DNA of 64,000 nt, taken from contig JBEKKP010000003.1 of assembly GCA_050010655.1 (NCBI GenBank), positions 6,498 to 70,497 on the forward strand. The letters run 5' to 3'. Shown in pieces: positions 50,271-59,436 of the stretch; position 1 is the stretch's first letter; each line of letters opens with the position of its first letter. Below the pieces are notes generated by a model. That model worked only from the letters and a program-made list of their open reading frames with translations. It made no database searches and was not told the origin of the DNA. The stretch is from Candidatus Dormibacteria bacterium. GTDB lineage: Bacteria; Chloroflexota; Dormibacteria; Aeolococcales; Aeolococcaceae. Both the position numbers and the translations under genes were made by a program.

Positions 50271-50564
50271 CTACTCGGCGTACCGCCGGATGCGGTTGTC
50301 CTCCTCGCCGTGCTCGCTCTGATAGAGCGAGCAGGTCTCGGGCTCGGAGATGCAGGGCGGCATGGGGTGACGACCGGTGAACTTGTGGGTCTGCCGGTCG
50401 ACGTGGCAGTCGGCCTTGTACCTGGTCAGCATGCCGAACGGGCCGGCACTCTCCTTGAGGATCTGCTCGAGGTACGGGCAGCGACGTCCGCGAGGACGAG
50501 ATGGCGCCGACTCGCGCTGCGGCTCTGGCCTGCCACGAGGTGGCGGCGGTGGTTCTGCTCGCAT
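50271..50564 (-). CDS. small hypothetical protein with N-terminal polyproline and four Cys (possible Zn ribbon)
   Basis: MRAEPPPPPRGRPEP...CPYLEQIL...CHVD...PPCISEPETCS. Family not recognised. Confidence 0.4.
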   Translation of the reverse strand: MRAEPPPPPRGRPEPQRESAPSRPRGRRCPYLEQILKESAGPFGMLTRYKADCHVDRQTHKFTGRHPMPPCISEPETCSLYQSEHGEEDNRIRRYAE

Positions 50565-50586
50565 CGCCCCCCGAGTGTAGAACTCC

Positions 50587-50952
50587 TTACGGGGCGAGCA
50601 TCGACTGGATGCGCGAAGCGAGTTCCTTGATCTTGAAGGGCTTCGCGAGCGTCTGCACGTTGCCGTACGCCTCCAGCTTGGGTGCCGTCGATGCATTCAC
50701 GAGCGCGCTGACCACGAGCACCTTGGGATCGCTGCCGTGATCGGAGCGGATCCGCTCGAGCACCTGCGTGCCTGAGAGGTCGCCCGGCAGCATCAGGTCG
50801 AGCAGCACCAGATCTGGCTGGAACTCCACGAACGCTGCGAGGCCCTCGTCGCCGCTCTTCGCCACCTTCACCTCGTAGCCCTCCATCGTGCAGAGCAGAG
50901 ATTCGATGTCGGCGAGCGCGTAATAGTCCTCGATGATCAGGACCTTCTTCAT
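50587..50952 (-). CDS. single-domain response regulator (CheY-like receiver)
   Basis: MKKVLIIEDYY...DLVLLDLMLP...KPF gives the Asp pocket plus conserved Lys. 121 aa. The rest of the 368-aa ORF is rejected. Confidence 0.8.
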   Translation of the reverse strand: MKKVLIIEDYYALADIESLLCTMEGYEVKVAKSGDEGLAAFVEFQPDLVLLDLMLPGDLSGTQVLERIRSDHGSDPKVLVVSALVNASTAPKLEAYGNVQTLAKPFKIKELASRIQSMLAP

Positions 50953-51089
50953 GGCGGTACTCGTCGCTGGGGTCATTTGGGGATCCGGCCGAATATAGCA
51001 CGGGCATTTCCGCGGCCCTGGCGGGTGTGTCCAAGCCGTCACTGAGCGACGCACCGCCGACACAGCAGCGCCACGCGCCGAGGCTCCGA

Positions 51090-52256
51090 TCAGATCGAGC
51101 GGTCGATCAGCGTGCCTGTTCCGAGGCCCCCGCCACAGCACATCGCCTGCAGGCCGTATCGGGCGTCGCGCCGCTCGAGCTCGTGGAGGAGGGTGGTCAT
51201 GAGCCGTGCCCCGCTCGCGCCGAGCGGGTGGCCCAGCGCGATGGCGCCGCCGTTGACATTGACGCGGTCCATGTCCGGGTGGTGCTCCTGCTCCCACGCC
51301 AGGACGACGGGCGCGAAGGCCTCGTTGATCTCGAACAGGTCGATGTCGTCGATCCCGAGGCCCGATCGCTCGAGCAGCCTGGTCGTTGCGGGAATCGGTC
51401 CGGTGAGCATCGTGACCGGGTCCACGCCGACCACGGTCTGACCGGCGATGCGTGCGCGGGGCGTGATGCCGAGCTCGGTCGCGCGCTCCAGCGACATCAG
51501 CAGCACGGCGGCCGCGCCGTCGGTGATCTGCGAGCTGTTGCCTGCGTGCATGATGCCGTCGGGCTTGAAGGCCGGCTGCAGCGACGCCAGCGACTCGGCG
51601 GTGGTGTCCGGGCGGATGCCCTGGTCCTGGCTGATCACGCGGCCGTCGCCGTTGGCGCCGACCACGACAGGCGCGATCTCGCGGTCGAACCACCCGTTCG
51701 CCTGCGCCTCACCGGCGCGGCGTTGGGAGCGGGCCGCGAACTCGTCTGCCTGCTCACGGGTGATGTGCCACATCTCCGCGATCATCTCCGCGGACAGTCC
51801 CTGGGGCACCAGGTTGTAGACCTCGAGCAACTCTGGCGGGAACGGCATCCCGGGACCCTGGAACACCGTCGTTCCCATCGGCACGCGGCTCATGCTCTCC
51901 ACGCCCGCGGCGATCGTGATGTCGCAGACGCCGGACTGGATCAGGTTCGCGGCGAAGTGGATTGCCTGTTGCGACGAGCCGCACTGGCGATCGACCGTCG
52001 TTGCCGGCACCTCGACGGGAAACCCGGCGGCGAGCACTGCCTGCCGCGCGATGTTCACGGCCTGCTCGCCGGTCTGGCTCACGCATCCGAAGATGACGTC
52101 GCCAACCAGCGCGGGGTCGATGGCTGCGCGGCTGGTCACCTCGCGGAGCACGTGGGCCGCCAGGAGAACGGGATGCACGTCGCGGAGATCGCCGTTGCGC
52201 TGGTTGCCGCGCCCCATCGGCGTCCGGACGGCTTCGACGATGACGACGTCAGTCAT
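51090..52256 (-). CDS. acetyl-CoA C-acyltransferase (thiolase)
   Basis: VIVEAVRTPMGR...active-site Cys region...C-terminal CGGGLG. Confidence 0.9.
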   Translation of the reverse strand: MTDVVIVEAVRTPMGRGNQRNGDLRDVHPVLLAAHVLREVTSRAAIDPALVGDVIFGCVSQTGEQAVNIARQAVLAAGFPVEVPATTVDRQCGSSQQAIHFAANLIQSGVCDITIAAGVESMSRVPMGTTVFQGPGMPFPPELLEVYNLVPQGLSAEMIAEMWHITREQADEFAARSQRRAGEAQANGWFDREIAPVVVGANGDGRVISQDQGIRPDTTAESLASLQPAFKPDGIMHAGNSSQITDGAAAVLLMSLERATELGITPRARIAGQTVVGVDPVTMLTGPIPATTRLLERSGLGIDDIDLFEINEAFAPVVLAWEQEHHPDMDRVNVNGGAIALGHPLGASGARLMTTLLHELERRDARYGLQAMCCGGGLGTGTLIDRSI

Positions 52257-52262
52257 AGCTCA

Positions 52263-52325
52263 CCTGATTGAACACCCTGAATCGACTCACCCTGAATTGC
52301 GCCCTGAAGTCGCGCGCCTGAATTT
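52263..52325. promoter_or_regulatory. array of five direct CCTGA(A/T)T heptamer repeats (minus strand ATTCAGG) spaced 12-15 bp apart, running into the thiolase RBS
   Basis: Copies at 52263, 52276, 52291, 52303 and 52317. Several are extended to CCCTGAAT. Confidence 0.4.
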
Positions 52326-52373
52326 GCCCGTAATTTGTTCGACCGGGCGCCCACCTTAGCAGCGGGAGGTCTT

Positions 52374-53966
52374 TCAGCCGCCGAATCGGTAGACGGTCTC
52401 GACGACCGGTCGCGGCGCGGAAGGGTCGAGCAGGTTCGCCGGTGCGCGCTCGGAGGCCACCAGCGTCCAGCCGCTCGGCGGCAGCGGGTCGTACGGGCTG
52501 ATCACGAGCGTGTCGCCCACCGCCGGTTGGCTCGCGTAGACGGCTTCCACAGGCACGACCTCCATGCCGAGTGCTTCCAGACCGGGGGTGGCGTCGTCGG
52601 TCTCGACCTGGCGCGGCGGTGGTGGCAGGTAGTGGAAGAACGCTTCGATGTACGGCGGGTCGAGCGACTCCGAAAGGTAGACCCGATGCGACCCCGCGAG
52701 GTCGTGCGCCGTGACGATGGCAGCGATCTCGCCGGTATCGAAGTCGCCGGCCGAGCGGTTGGGATATGCCCCGTAGAGGTCCACCGTGAAGTACGCGGCT
52801 TGCGCCACCACGCCCGCACCCAGCACGGCGACCACGATGCGGCCGGCCCCGATCCGTCCCCGGAGCGCCGTCCGCAGGCCGTCCGCGCCAAGGATCGCGA
52901 GGATCACCAGGAACGGGAACATTCCCGACGAGCGCAGCGCATGTGGCGTCCCGTTGTTGGTGAGTGCTGCCGCGATCGGGCTCAAGACGATGCCTGCCAC
53001 AAGGAAGCGCGTCAAGGGCTCGCGGCGCCGCTGCCAGCACACGACGATCCCCGCGATCAGCAGCGGGGCCATGGCCCAGAGCAGCATGCCGCCGATCTCG
53101 GTGTTCTGGCGCGGATTCCCGTCTCCCGAGAAGAACAGGAAATTCGGGCTGAAGTATGTGACGTAGTTGACGAGAAACCGGTCGATCACCACGTTGAGCG
53201 GAGCGCCGTCAGCCCAGATGCTGATCTCGGAAAACCGCCCGGTCAGCGCGCCGGGATTGGCAAGCATGTAGATGCCGAGCACCGCATACCCCGCGGCGAT
53301 GGGGACGAGCGTTCGCCACCAGCCGTTGTTCTTCGCAAGCCACCACGCAATCACGAGGGGAATCGCGAGCAGCAGCATCTCGAGACGCGCGGTCGTGTAG
53401 CCGTAAATCGCGAACGCGAGGAACACGCCGGCGATGCCGAACTGTCGCGCAGTCGGCTGCCGTCCGACGAGGCACCAGAGCGCACCCGAGAGCAGTGCGA
53501 CCATCGAGATCGTTTCGAAGCCGACCCTGCTCTCGATCACCAGCCATGGAGTGAACGCCGTGAGTGCGAGCGTGCCGAACGTGATCAACCGCGAGCCGGT
53601 CATCCGCCATGCAGCCGCGGTGAGAAACGCAACCACCGCGAGGCCGAAGATCGCGGCGGGAAACCGTTCCACCGCAACGGTCAGTGGCAGGAACCGGACC
53701 AGCGCGGCGACTGCATAGACGTAGATTGGATTCTTGTATTCGCCAAACGCTTCGAAGAAGAGCGGGAAGTGAATCCCGTGCTCGTCGACGCCGAAGTGCG
53801 CGATGGTCCAGGCGTTGTAACCGATCGATGCCTCATCGACGTAGAGACCAGGCGGTGAGCCGGAGAGGTCGACGACGTTGCGAACGATGACGACGACCGC
53901 GAGGATCGCGACCGCCGCGATCCAGATGCGGCGGTGCAACCGGTCAGGGCTCGGCTCAGCGCTCAC
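52374..53966 (-). CDS. glycosyltransferase family 39 (ArnT/PMT-like) polytopic membrane protein
   Basis: About 11 TM helices, an N-terminal loop DE motif (YVDEASIGYNAW) and PMT_2-like hydrophobic architecture. GTG start overlaps the upstream stop (GTGA). Confidence 0.7.
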   Translation of the reverse strand: MSAEPSPDRLHRRIWIAAVAILAVVVIVRNVVDLSGSPPGLYVDEASIGYNAWTIAHFGVDEHGIHFPLFFEAFGEYKNPIYVYAVAALVRFLPLTVAVERFPAAIFGLAVVAFLTAAAWRMTGSRLITFGTLALTAFTPWLVIESRVGFETISMVALLSGALWCLVGRQPTARQFGIAGVFLAFAIYGYTTARLEMLLLAIPLVIAWWLAKNNGWWRTLVPIAAGYAVLGIYMLANPGALTGRFSEISIWADGAPLNVVIDRFLVNYVTYFSPNFLFFSGDGNPRQNTEIGGMLLWAMAPLLIAGIVVCWQRRREPLTRFLVAGIVLSPIAAALTNNGTPHALRSSGMFPFLVILAILGADGLRTALRGRIGAGRIVVAVLGAGVVAQAAYFTVDLYGAYPNRSAGDFDTGEIAAIVTAHDLAGSHRVYLSESLDPPYIEAFFHYLPPPPRQVETDDATPGLEALGMEVVPVEAVYASQPAVGDTLVISPYDPLPPSGWTLVASERAPANLLDPSAPRPVVETVYRFGG

Positions 53967-54685
53967 GCACGCGCGGCAGCGACGAAGTCGGCAAACAGCC
54001 GCCGCGCCCACTCACGCTCGAGATACAGCTCCTCGGGATGACATTGCAGACCGACGACGAACCGGCGCCCGGGATGTTCCACCGCCTCGACGAGTCCGTC
54101 GTGTGCGCGAGCGCTCACCACAAGATCGCGGCCGATGTCGCGCAACGCCTGGTGATGCATGCTGTTGACGTCGACAAGCGTTGCGCCGGCGATCGCGTGC
54201 AAGCGTGAATCGGATGCGACGTCGATGTTGTGCGTGAGCTCCTGACGTGACCCGTCCTGCGAATGGTTGTGCTCGGTCGCACCCTGCGTGCCGACGTCCT
54301 GCCAGAGCGTTCCGCCAAGCGCAACATTGAGCACCTGCGCGCCGCGGCAGATTGCGAGGATCGGCTTGTCGGCCTCGAGCGCCCAGCGTGCGAGCAGCAG
54401 CTCAGAGCGGTCGAGCTCGTGATCCACCTCGACTGCGCAATCGTCGCGTGTCGCCTCGCCGTAGAGCTCCGGCTCGACGTCGGGCCCACCGGGGAGGCAC
54501 AGGCCGTCGCAGAGATCGAAGAGCTCGCGCAGCCCCAGCTCCGACAACGATGCGCTGATGCCGAGGGGCGTCCCGCCCGCTCCCTCGAGCGCGTCGAAAT
54601 ACGCGCGGTTGCGAGCGAGGTCGGCGGGAAGTCCCTTCTCGTGCAGCACCCGCAGCGTGATGCCGATCAGCGGAGCGTGTGACAT
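53963..54685 (-). CDS. gamma-glutamyl-gamma-aminobutyrate hydrolase family (peptidase C26, class I glutamine amidotransferase-like)
   Basis: ILAICRGAQVLNVALGG...HHQ has the Cys-His triad layout of PuuD-like hydrolases. Confidence 0.8.
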   Translation of the reverse strand: MSHAPLIGITLRVLHEKGLPADLARNRAYFDALEGAGGTPLGISASLSELGLRELFDLCDGLCLPGGPDVEPELYGEATRDDCAVEVDHELDRSELLLARWALEADKPILAICRGAQVLNVALGGTLWQDVGTQGATEHNHSQDGSRQELTHNIDVASDSRLHAIAGATLVDVNSMHHQALRDIGRDLVVSARAHDGLVEAVEHPGRRFVVGLQCHPEELYLEREWARRLFADFVAAARA

Positions 54686-54701
54686 GGGGAAACCTTCGCG
54701 A

Positions 54702-56024
54702 CTACGACGTGAAACTGAAGCGGCCGATGTGCAACCAGGGTGACAGTACCCCGGATTCGCCTTCTCCCAGCTCGAGACGACGCTCGCGGCTCACCTGGAG
54801 CACATTGGCGAGCGCTTCGACAATGCTTTGCGTGAAGCGCAGATCCTTGACGGGGTGCGTGATGCTCCCGTTCTCGATGAGGAACGTGCCTTCGCGGGTC
54901 ATGCCGGTGATCACCGTGCGCAGCGGATGGACGTCGCGCACGTACCACAAGCGAGTGATGTACAAGCCGCGTGAGACGGATCCCACCATCTCCGTCCAGG
55001 GAGTGTCGCCGGCGTCCATCGCAACGTGGCGCGGCAGTGGGCCCCACGTGTTCGGCTGCGGCAGGGAATGTCCCGTCGACGCGACGCCGTCCTGCAACGC
55101 CGTCGGCGTGTCGTAGACGACCGCGGCGCAGACCCCGCGATCGATGAGTGTCACCGGTTTCGTCGACACTCCCTCGTCGTCGAAGGGGAAGGGAAAGATG
55201 TCATGCGTGCGCGCGTCGTCGCGTATCGTGATCTTCTCGCTCATGAGCTTCTCGCCGAGGCGCATGAAGCTTCGGTGCTCCTGCAACGCCAGGGCGCTGA
55301 AGCCAACCCAGGCAAGGTGCTCCAGCAGGTCGGTCACCGCATACGGCGAGAGAATCACCTCGTAGTCACCCGGTCCGACCTCCGTCGCGTTCTGATTGCG
55401 CTCGCAGGTGTCGACGACCTCGGCGGCGAGACCCGGGACGTCGAGAGCGGCGATGTCTGCCGAGTGCCGCGACGCGTAGCCACCGCCGTTGTCGCCGCGC
55501 GCGACCGACACCAGGCTCGCCTGCGTCGATGTCGCCGATCTGCGCAGCCCCGAGCTGGTGATGATCGCGGTCGTCGTGGTGCTGGTACTCAACGCGCCAT
55601 ACGCGTTGACACCGTGCGCGCCCGCCGCCTCCGTGATGGTTGCCACCAGCTCGGCCCGTTCCTGCGGAGTCGCGGAGTCGGTTGACGCCGAAAAGGCGAC
55701 CGGGCCGTCACCGTTCTGGTCGCCGGCAGGCAACGGCGACACGTCGCTTGCGCTGGTCACACGCCGGCTCTGCTCGGCAGCGTCGAACGCAAGCGCGATC
55801 GCTGCATCGCCGTGCCCGCGCACCTCACCGACCCCGATGCGCCCGCCGTCGATGAGCCGCACTCGGATGTGCCGGTATCGCTCGGCAACGCTCTGGTGGA
55901 TCTCGTTGCTCGCGAAACGGGTGAGCTCGCTGCGCGAATCCGCAATGACCACCTCTGCCTCACCGTGCTTGAGCGAGGCAAGTGCGCTGTCGCCAAGTGC
56001 GAGCAGTTCGTCCCCGGTGCTCAT
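54702..56024 (-). CDS. PmbA/TldE-family metalloprotease subunit (peptidase U62)
   Basis: U62 fold, with the C-terminal ...LVEALANVLQVS...FSFTS end characteristic of the family. Start at the internal Met MSTGDELL, which overlaps the upstream tldD stop (ATGA). Confidence 0.75.
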   Translation of the reverse strand: MSTGDELLALGDSALASLKHGEAEVVIADSRSELTRFASNEIHQSVAERYRHIRVRLIDGGRIGVGEVRGHGDAAIALAFDAAEQSRRVTSASDVSPLPAGDQNGDGPVAFSASTDSATPQERAELVATITEAAGAHGVNAYGALSTSTTTTAIITSSGLRRSATSTQASLVSVARGDNGGGYASRHSADIAALDVPGLAAEVVDTCERNQNATEVGPGDYEVILSPYAVTDLLEHLAWVGFSALALQEHRSFMRLGEKLMSEKITIRDDARTHDIFPFPFDDEGVSTKPVTLIDRGVCAAVVYDTPTALQDGVASTGHSLPQPNTWGPLPRHVAMDAGDTPWTEMVGSVSRGLYITRLWYVRDVHPLRTVITGMTREGTFLIENGSITHPVKDLRFTQSIVEALANVLQVSRERRLELGEGESGVLSPWLHIGRFSFTS

Positions 56025-57541
56025 CGCGCCGGCTCCACGCGAACGTTGCGAAAACGGCACGGAGCGGCGCCGTGACCGACGTGCATCGATTGCGAAGGCT
56101 GGCCCTTCCCACAGTTCACGACGCCGAACATCTGCCACTCTGCCGGACCGGCGACTGCGTCGCACGATCCCCAGAACTCTGGCGTCTGCCCGCTGTAGAT
56201 GGGGTTGCGCACCAATCTGGTGCGCTCGCCGTTGACGATCTCCCACCCGTTCTGCGTGCCGAACTGAAAGTTGAGGCGCCGGTCATCGATGCTCCACGAC
56301 CGGTTGGTCTCGAGGTACACGCCGTGCTCGGTGGTGGCGATCATCTCCTCGAGGCTGGATGTTCCCGGTTCGAGGTTGATGTTGGTCATGCGGATGATCG
56401 GCAGCCGGCCCCAGCCATCCGCGCGCATGGCGCCGTTGCTCAACTGGCCGATGGCCGCGGCGGTCTCACGGGATGTGAGGTATCCGGTGAAGATGCCCCG
56501 GTCGACCAGCACCGATCGTTGCGCCGGCACGCCCTCGTCGTCCCAACCGAACGTTCCCAGGCCGGGCGCCCGTGTGGAATCGGCGGTCATGGTCACCTGG
56601 TCGCTGCCGTAGCGAAAGGTGCCGAGCATGCCGGGCATCAGGAACGACGTCCCGGCATATGCCGCCTCGTGCCCGAGCACACGGTCGAGTTCCGTCGGAT
56701 GGCCGCACGATTCGTGCACCTGGAGTGCGGCCTGCGTCGCATCGAGGATCACCGTCATGGTTCCTGCCGGGCACTCCGCGGCGCTCAGCAGCGCGACTGC
56801 CTCCTCGGCGATTCGCCCGGCGTTGCCGGGGAGATCGAACGCCTCGATGGCCTCCCACCCGGCGCAGATCTGATGGCGTCCGAAGCTGTTCGGAAAGCTG
56901 CGGGTCTGGACGTCATCGTCACTGGTGGCAGTGGCGTCGAGCCCGCCACCGGATTCGATGATCGTCTGATCCAGCGATGCGCCTTCGCTGCTCGCGAAAT
57001 GGCGCACCTCACGAACAAATTCGAGCGAGCACTCGCGAACCCGGATCTGGGGCAGGCGCGACATGGCAAGGTCGGTCCGCAGGAGCAGGTCGACCTTGTC
57101 GTCGAGGGAAACCGCAAAGGGATCGCGCACGACGGGCGTCCGGAATTCGCCGACCAGGGCCGGGGCCGGGGCCAATCGCACGGGTACGTGGTTGACGCGC
57201 GATGACGCCTTGGCGATACGGACCGCCTGCCGAGCTGCTTCCTCGATGCTCGATCCGCTGAGATCGTCGACCCCGGCGAACCCCCAGGAACCACCCGCGA
57301 TGACGCGAATGCCGATGCCCTCGTCCTCGAAGAGCTCCACCGACGCCACCGCCCCGTTCTTGACGGTGAGCCGCTGCACGGTGCGATTGATGACCCTGCA
57401 GTCGGCATACGACGCACCTGCTGCAGACGCCGCGTCAAGAGCTCGCTCGCTGAGATCACGCACGAGGGCGGAGTATACGGGCCGCAGTACCGCCGAACGT
57501 TTCGGAGTTAGCCCTCGCAATCTCCCGCGGTGCACGACCAC
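56021..57541 (-). CDS. tldD: TldD-family metalloprotease (peptidase U62), start uncertain
   Basis: HESCGHPTELDRV metal-binding motif and a GSWGFAGVDDLS region. The start could be GTG at 57541, an internal TTG, or ATG at 57670, which would overlap the SBP gene by 56 nt. Confidence 0.75.
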   Translation of the reverse strand: MVVHRGRLRGLTPKRSAVLRPVYSALVRDLSERALDAASAAGASYADCRVINRTVQRLTVKNGAVASVELFEDEGIGIRVIAGGSWGFAGVDDLSGSSIEEAARQAVRIAKASSRVNHVPVRLAPAPALVGEFRTPVVRDPFAVSLDDKVDLLLRTDLAMSRLPQIRVRECSLEFVREVRHFASSEGASLDQTIIESGGGLDATATSDDDVQTRSFPNSFGRHQICAGWEAIEAFDLPGNAGRIAEEAVALLSAAECPAGTMTVILDATQAALQVHESCGHPTELDRVLGHEAAYAGTSFLMPGMLGTFRYGSDQVTMTADSTRAPGLGTFGWDDEGVPAQRSVLVDRGIFTGYLTSRETAAAIGQLSNGAMRADGWGRLPIIRMTNINLEPGTSSLEEMIATTEHGVYLETNRSWSIDDRRLNFQFGTQNGWEIVNGERTRLVRNPIYSGQTPEFWGSCDAVAGPAEWQMFGVVNCGKGQPSQSMHVGHGAAPCRFRNVRVEPAR

Positions 57542-57614
57542 GCGGCTATGTCGAAATCGGGAACGAGATCGTTCTGCACGACGCCGCGGAGACTCGATGA
57601 GTACGTGTTGACGA

Positions 57615-59342
57615 TCACCTGTCGATAGAGCGGTATCGCCGGCAGCAGCGCGTGCCGCCGCAATCGCCATGCCATGTCGATGAGTACGTGTCGGGCTCAC
57701 CGGGAATACCGAGCGCAATTGTGTACAGAGCCGTGTCGAATGCATGTGTCGCAAGCGGGCCGCCGTCGGCAAACGAACCGAAGAACGTCGCGGCGGGGAC
57801 GTTCGGCTCGAACGCCGCCGGGACGTTGATGCCGATGTTGGCCAGATCGGTGCGGATCATCGCTTCCACCGCCACCCGCACCGGGTCATCGCTGGTGGTG
57901 CCGATGTTGATGACGATGCACGTGCCGTCTTTCTCCGCCCGGAAGTCCTCTCCGTCAGGCGCAGCACCGCACTTCGAGATCCGCGTATCACCGGCCGAGT
58001 CGAGCATGGCGTTGGCCGTTGCCGGGTTATATGCGGTGGTGGCGACGCCGTCACTTGAGAGATAGGTCGCTCCCAGGCTCATCCACGAATCCGCGGGAAT
58101 TGTGGTGTCGCCCGGCGCGACCGCTTTGATGATCGCCGCGCGGTCGATGCCAAGCAGTATCGCCTGACGAACGGTCGCGTCCGAGGTGTCCTCGTTCTCA
58201 TCGGCGGCCGGGTTGTCGCAGAGCCCACCGTCGGTGGCGCAGAGGTTGAACATGAGCACCTCCGCGCCGGATCCATTCACCGGATTGACAGTAAACGGCG
58301 CGGTATGCGCGTGAACGGCCGCATTCAGTGCCGGAAGCGCAGCCAACCCGAGGTTCAGGCCCACCTCCACGGCACCCGACTGCACGTCCTTCTCCTCGGC
58401 AGCGAGATCCGGCTCGATCCGGAACACGATCTCGTCGAGGTGCGGAGCGGCGGCCTGGTTCCAGTAGTGCGGATTGCGCACCAGGACCATTTGATTGCCC
58501 GGCGAGTAGCTCGCCATCACGAATGGCCCGGTTCCATCGAGCACCTGACTCAGCGACGAGGTGCCGTTGAAAGCGGCCGACGTACCCGAGCCCGTGGCCA
58601 GATCGAAGGTGTCATCCATGGTGTCGAGATTGCTGCCGGTCGACATGACCTTGTCGAGCACATCAGCAGGCAGGATCCCGTCGACGCCGCTCCCGAGCGC
58701 GAGATACGGCCCGTACTGCGACTTGAAGGACACGACCGCCGTGTACTGGTCCAGCTCGGTGCACTTGATCACCTGGTCCCACCCGGCTGTCGATGCGAGC
58801 GGCGTGGGGTTGGGCTTGCCGAGCGCGCCATACGCCAGCCAGTGGAATGCAAACGTGGCGCACACGTCGTGCGAGCTGAACGTGCCGCCGTCATCCCACG
58901 TCACGTCGTGACGCAGGTGCCACGTGACGCACATAGCGGCCGCGGTGTCCGCACAGTGGCTCGTCGCCACGTCGCCATTGGCCAGGGTCGGCACCTCTGT
59001 CGCAAGGTCGGGGCTCCAGTAGTCAGCCTCCGAACTCGAACTCGCCGTGTCGGCCGTGGAGCGATACCAGAGGAGACCCTCTTCCACCGGCGCCGCAATC
59101 ACGTCCGCGGTGGAAAGGTCGCCGCTGATGCCGTCGTCGAGCAATGTCGACGGCGCCTGCCAGACGCCGACGGTCAGTTTCGCCCCGGCGGCAGCGGTGC
59201 CTCCGGGGGCACCCGTGGGCGACGTCTTGGCCGGTGTGGACGTGCAGCCGGCCAGCAGGATGGCGAGGAGTGCCACGAGCGGCGTCGCTCCGTGCCACCG
59301 CCTGCCACTGCGGGGGATGAGTCGAGAACCCGCGAAAGACAC
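57615..59342 (-). CDS. ABC transporter substrate-binding lipoprotein, family 5 (peptide/nickel type)
   Basis: Lipobox LLAGC after a basic n-region. SBP_bac_5-like length and motifs. GTG start proposed. Confidence 0.75.
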   Translation of the reverse strand: MSFAGSRLIPRSGRRWHGATPLVALLAILLAGCTSTPAKTSPTGAPGGTAAAGAKLTVGVWQAPSTLLDDGISGDLSTADVIAAPVEEGLLWYRSTADTASSSSEADYWSPDLATEVPTLANGDVATSHCADTAAAMCVTWHLRHDVTWDDGGTFSSHDVCATFAFHWLAYGALGKPNPTPLASTAGWDQVIKCTELDQYTAVVSFKSQYGPYLALGSGVDGILPADVLDKVMSTGSNLDTMDDTFDLATGSGTSAAFNGTSSLSQVLDGTGPFVMASYSPGNQMVLVRNPHYWNQAAAPHLDEIVFRIEPDLAAEEKDVQSGAVEVGLNLGLAALPALNAAVHAHTAPFTVNPVNGSGAEVLMFNLCATDGGLCDNPAADENEDTSDATVRQAILLGIDRAAIIKAVAPGDTTIPADSWMSLGATYLSSDGVATTAYNPATANAMLDSAGDTRISKCGAAPDGEDFRAEKDGTCIVINIGTTSDDPVRVAVEAMIRTDLANIGINVPAAFEPNVPAATFFGSFADGGPLATHAFDTALYTIALGIPGEPDTYSSTWHGDCGGTRCCRRYRSIDR

Positions 59343-59436
59343 GAGCGTGCATTGTGCCCCGCCCGTATAGTGGAACCGAGGTGGTCGATCGGCTGATGGG
59401 GATATTCGCGGCAACGGCGGGATCAGGAGACATGCC

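Noticed and set aside
50953-51693. N-terminal 247 codons of the 368-aa minus-strand ORF
   Set aside because: This extremely Arg/Pro/Gly-rich translation is antisense to the thiolase gene. Only the final 121 aa form a receiver domain with its own Met.
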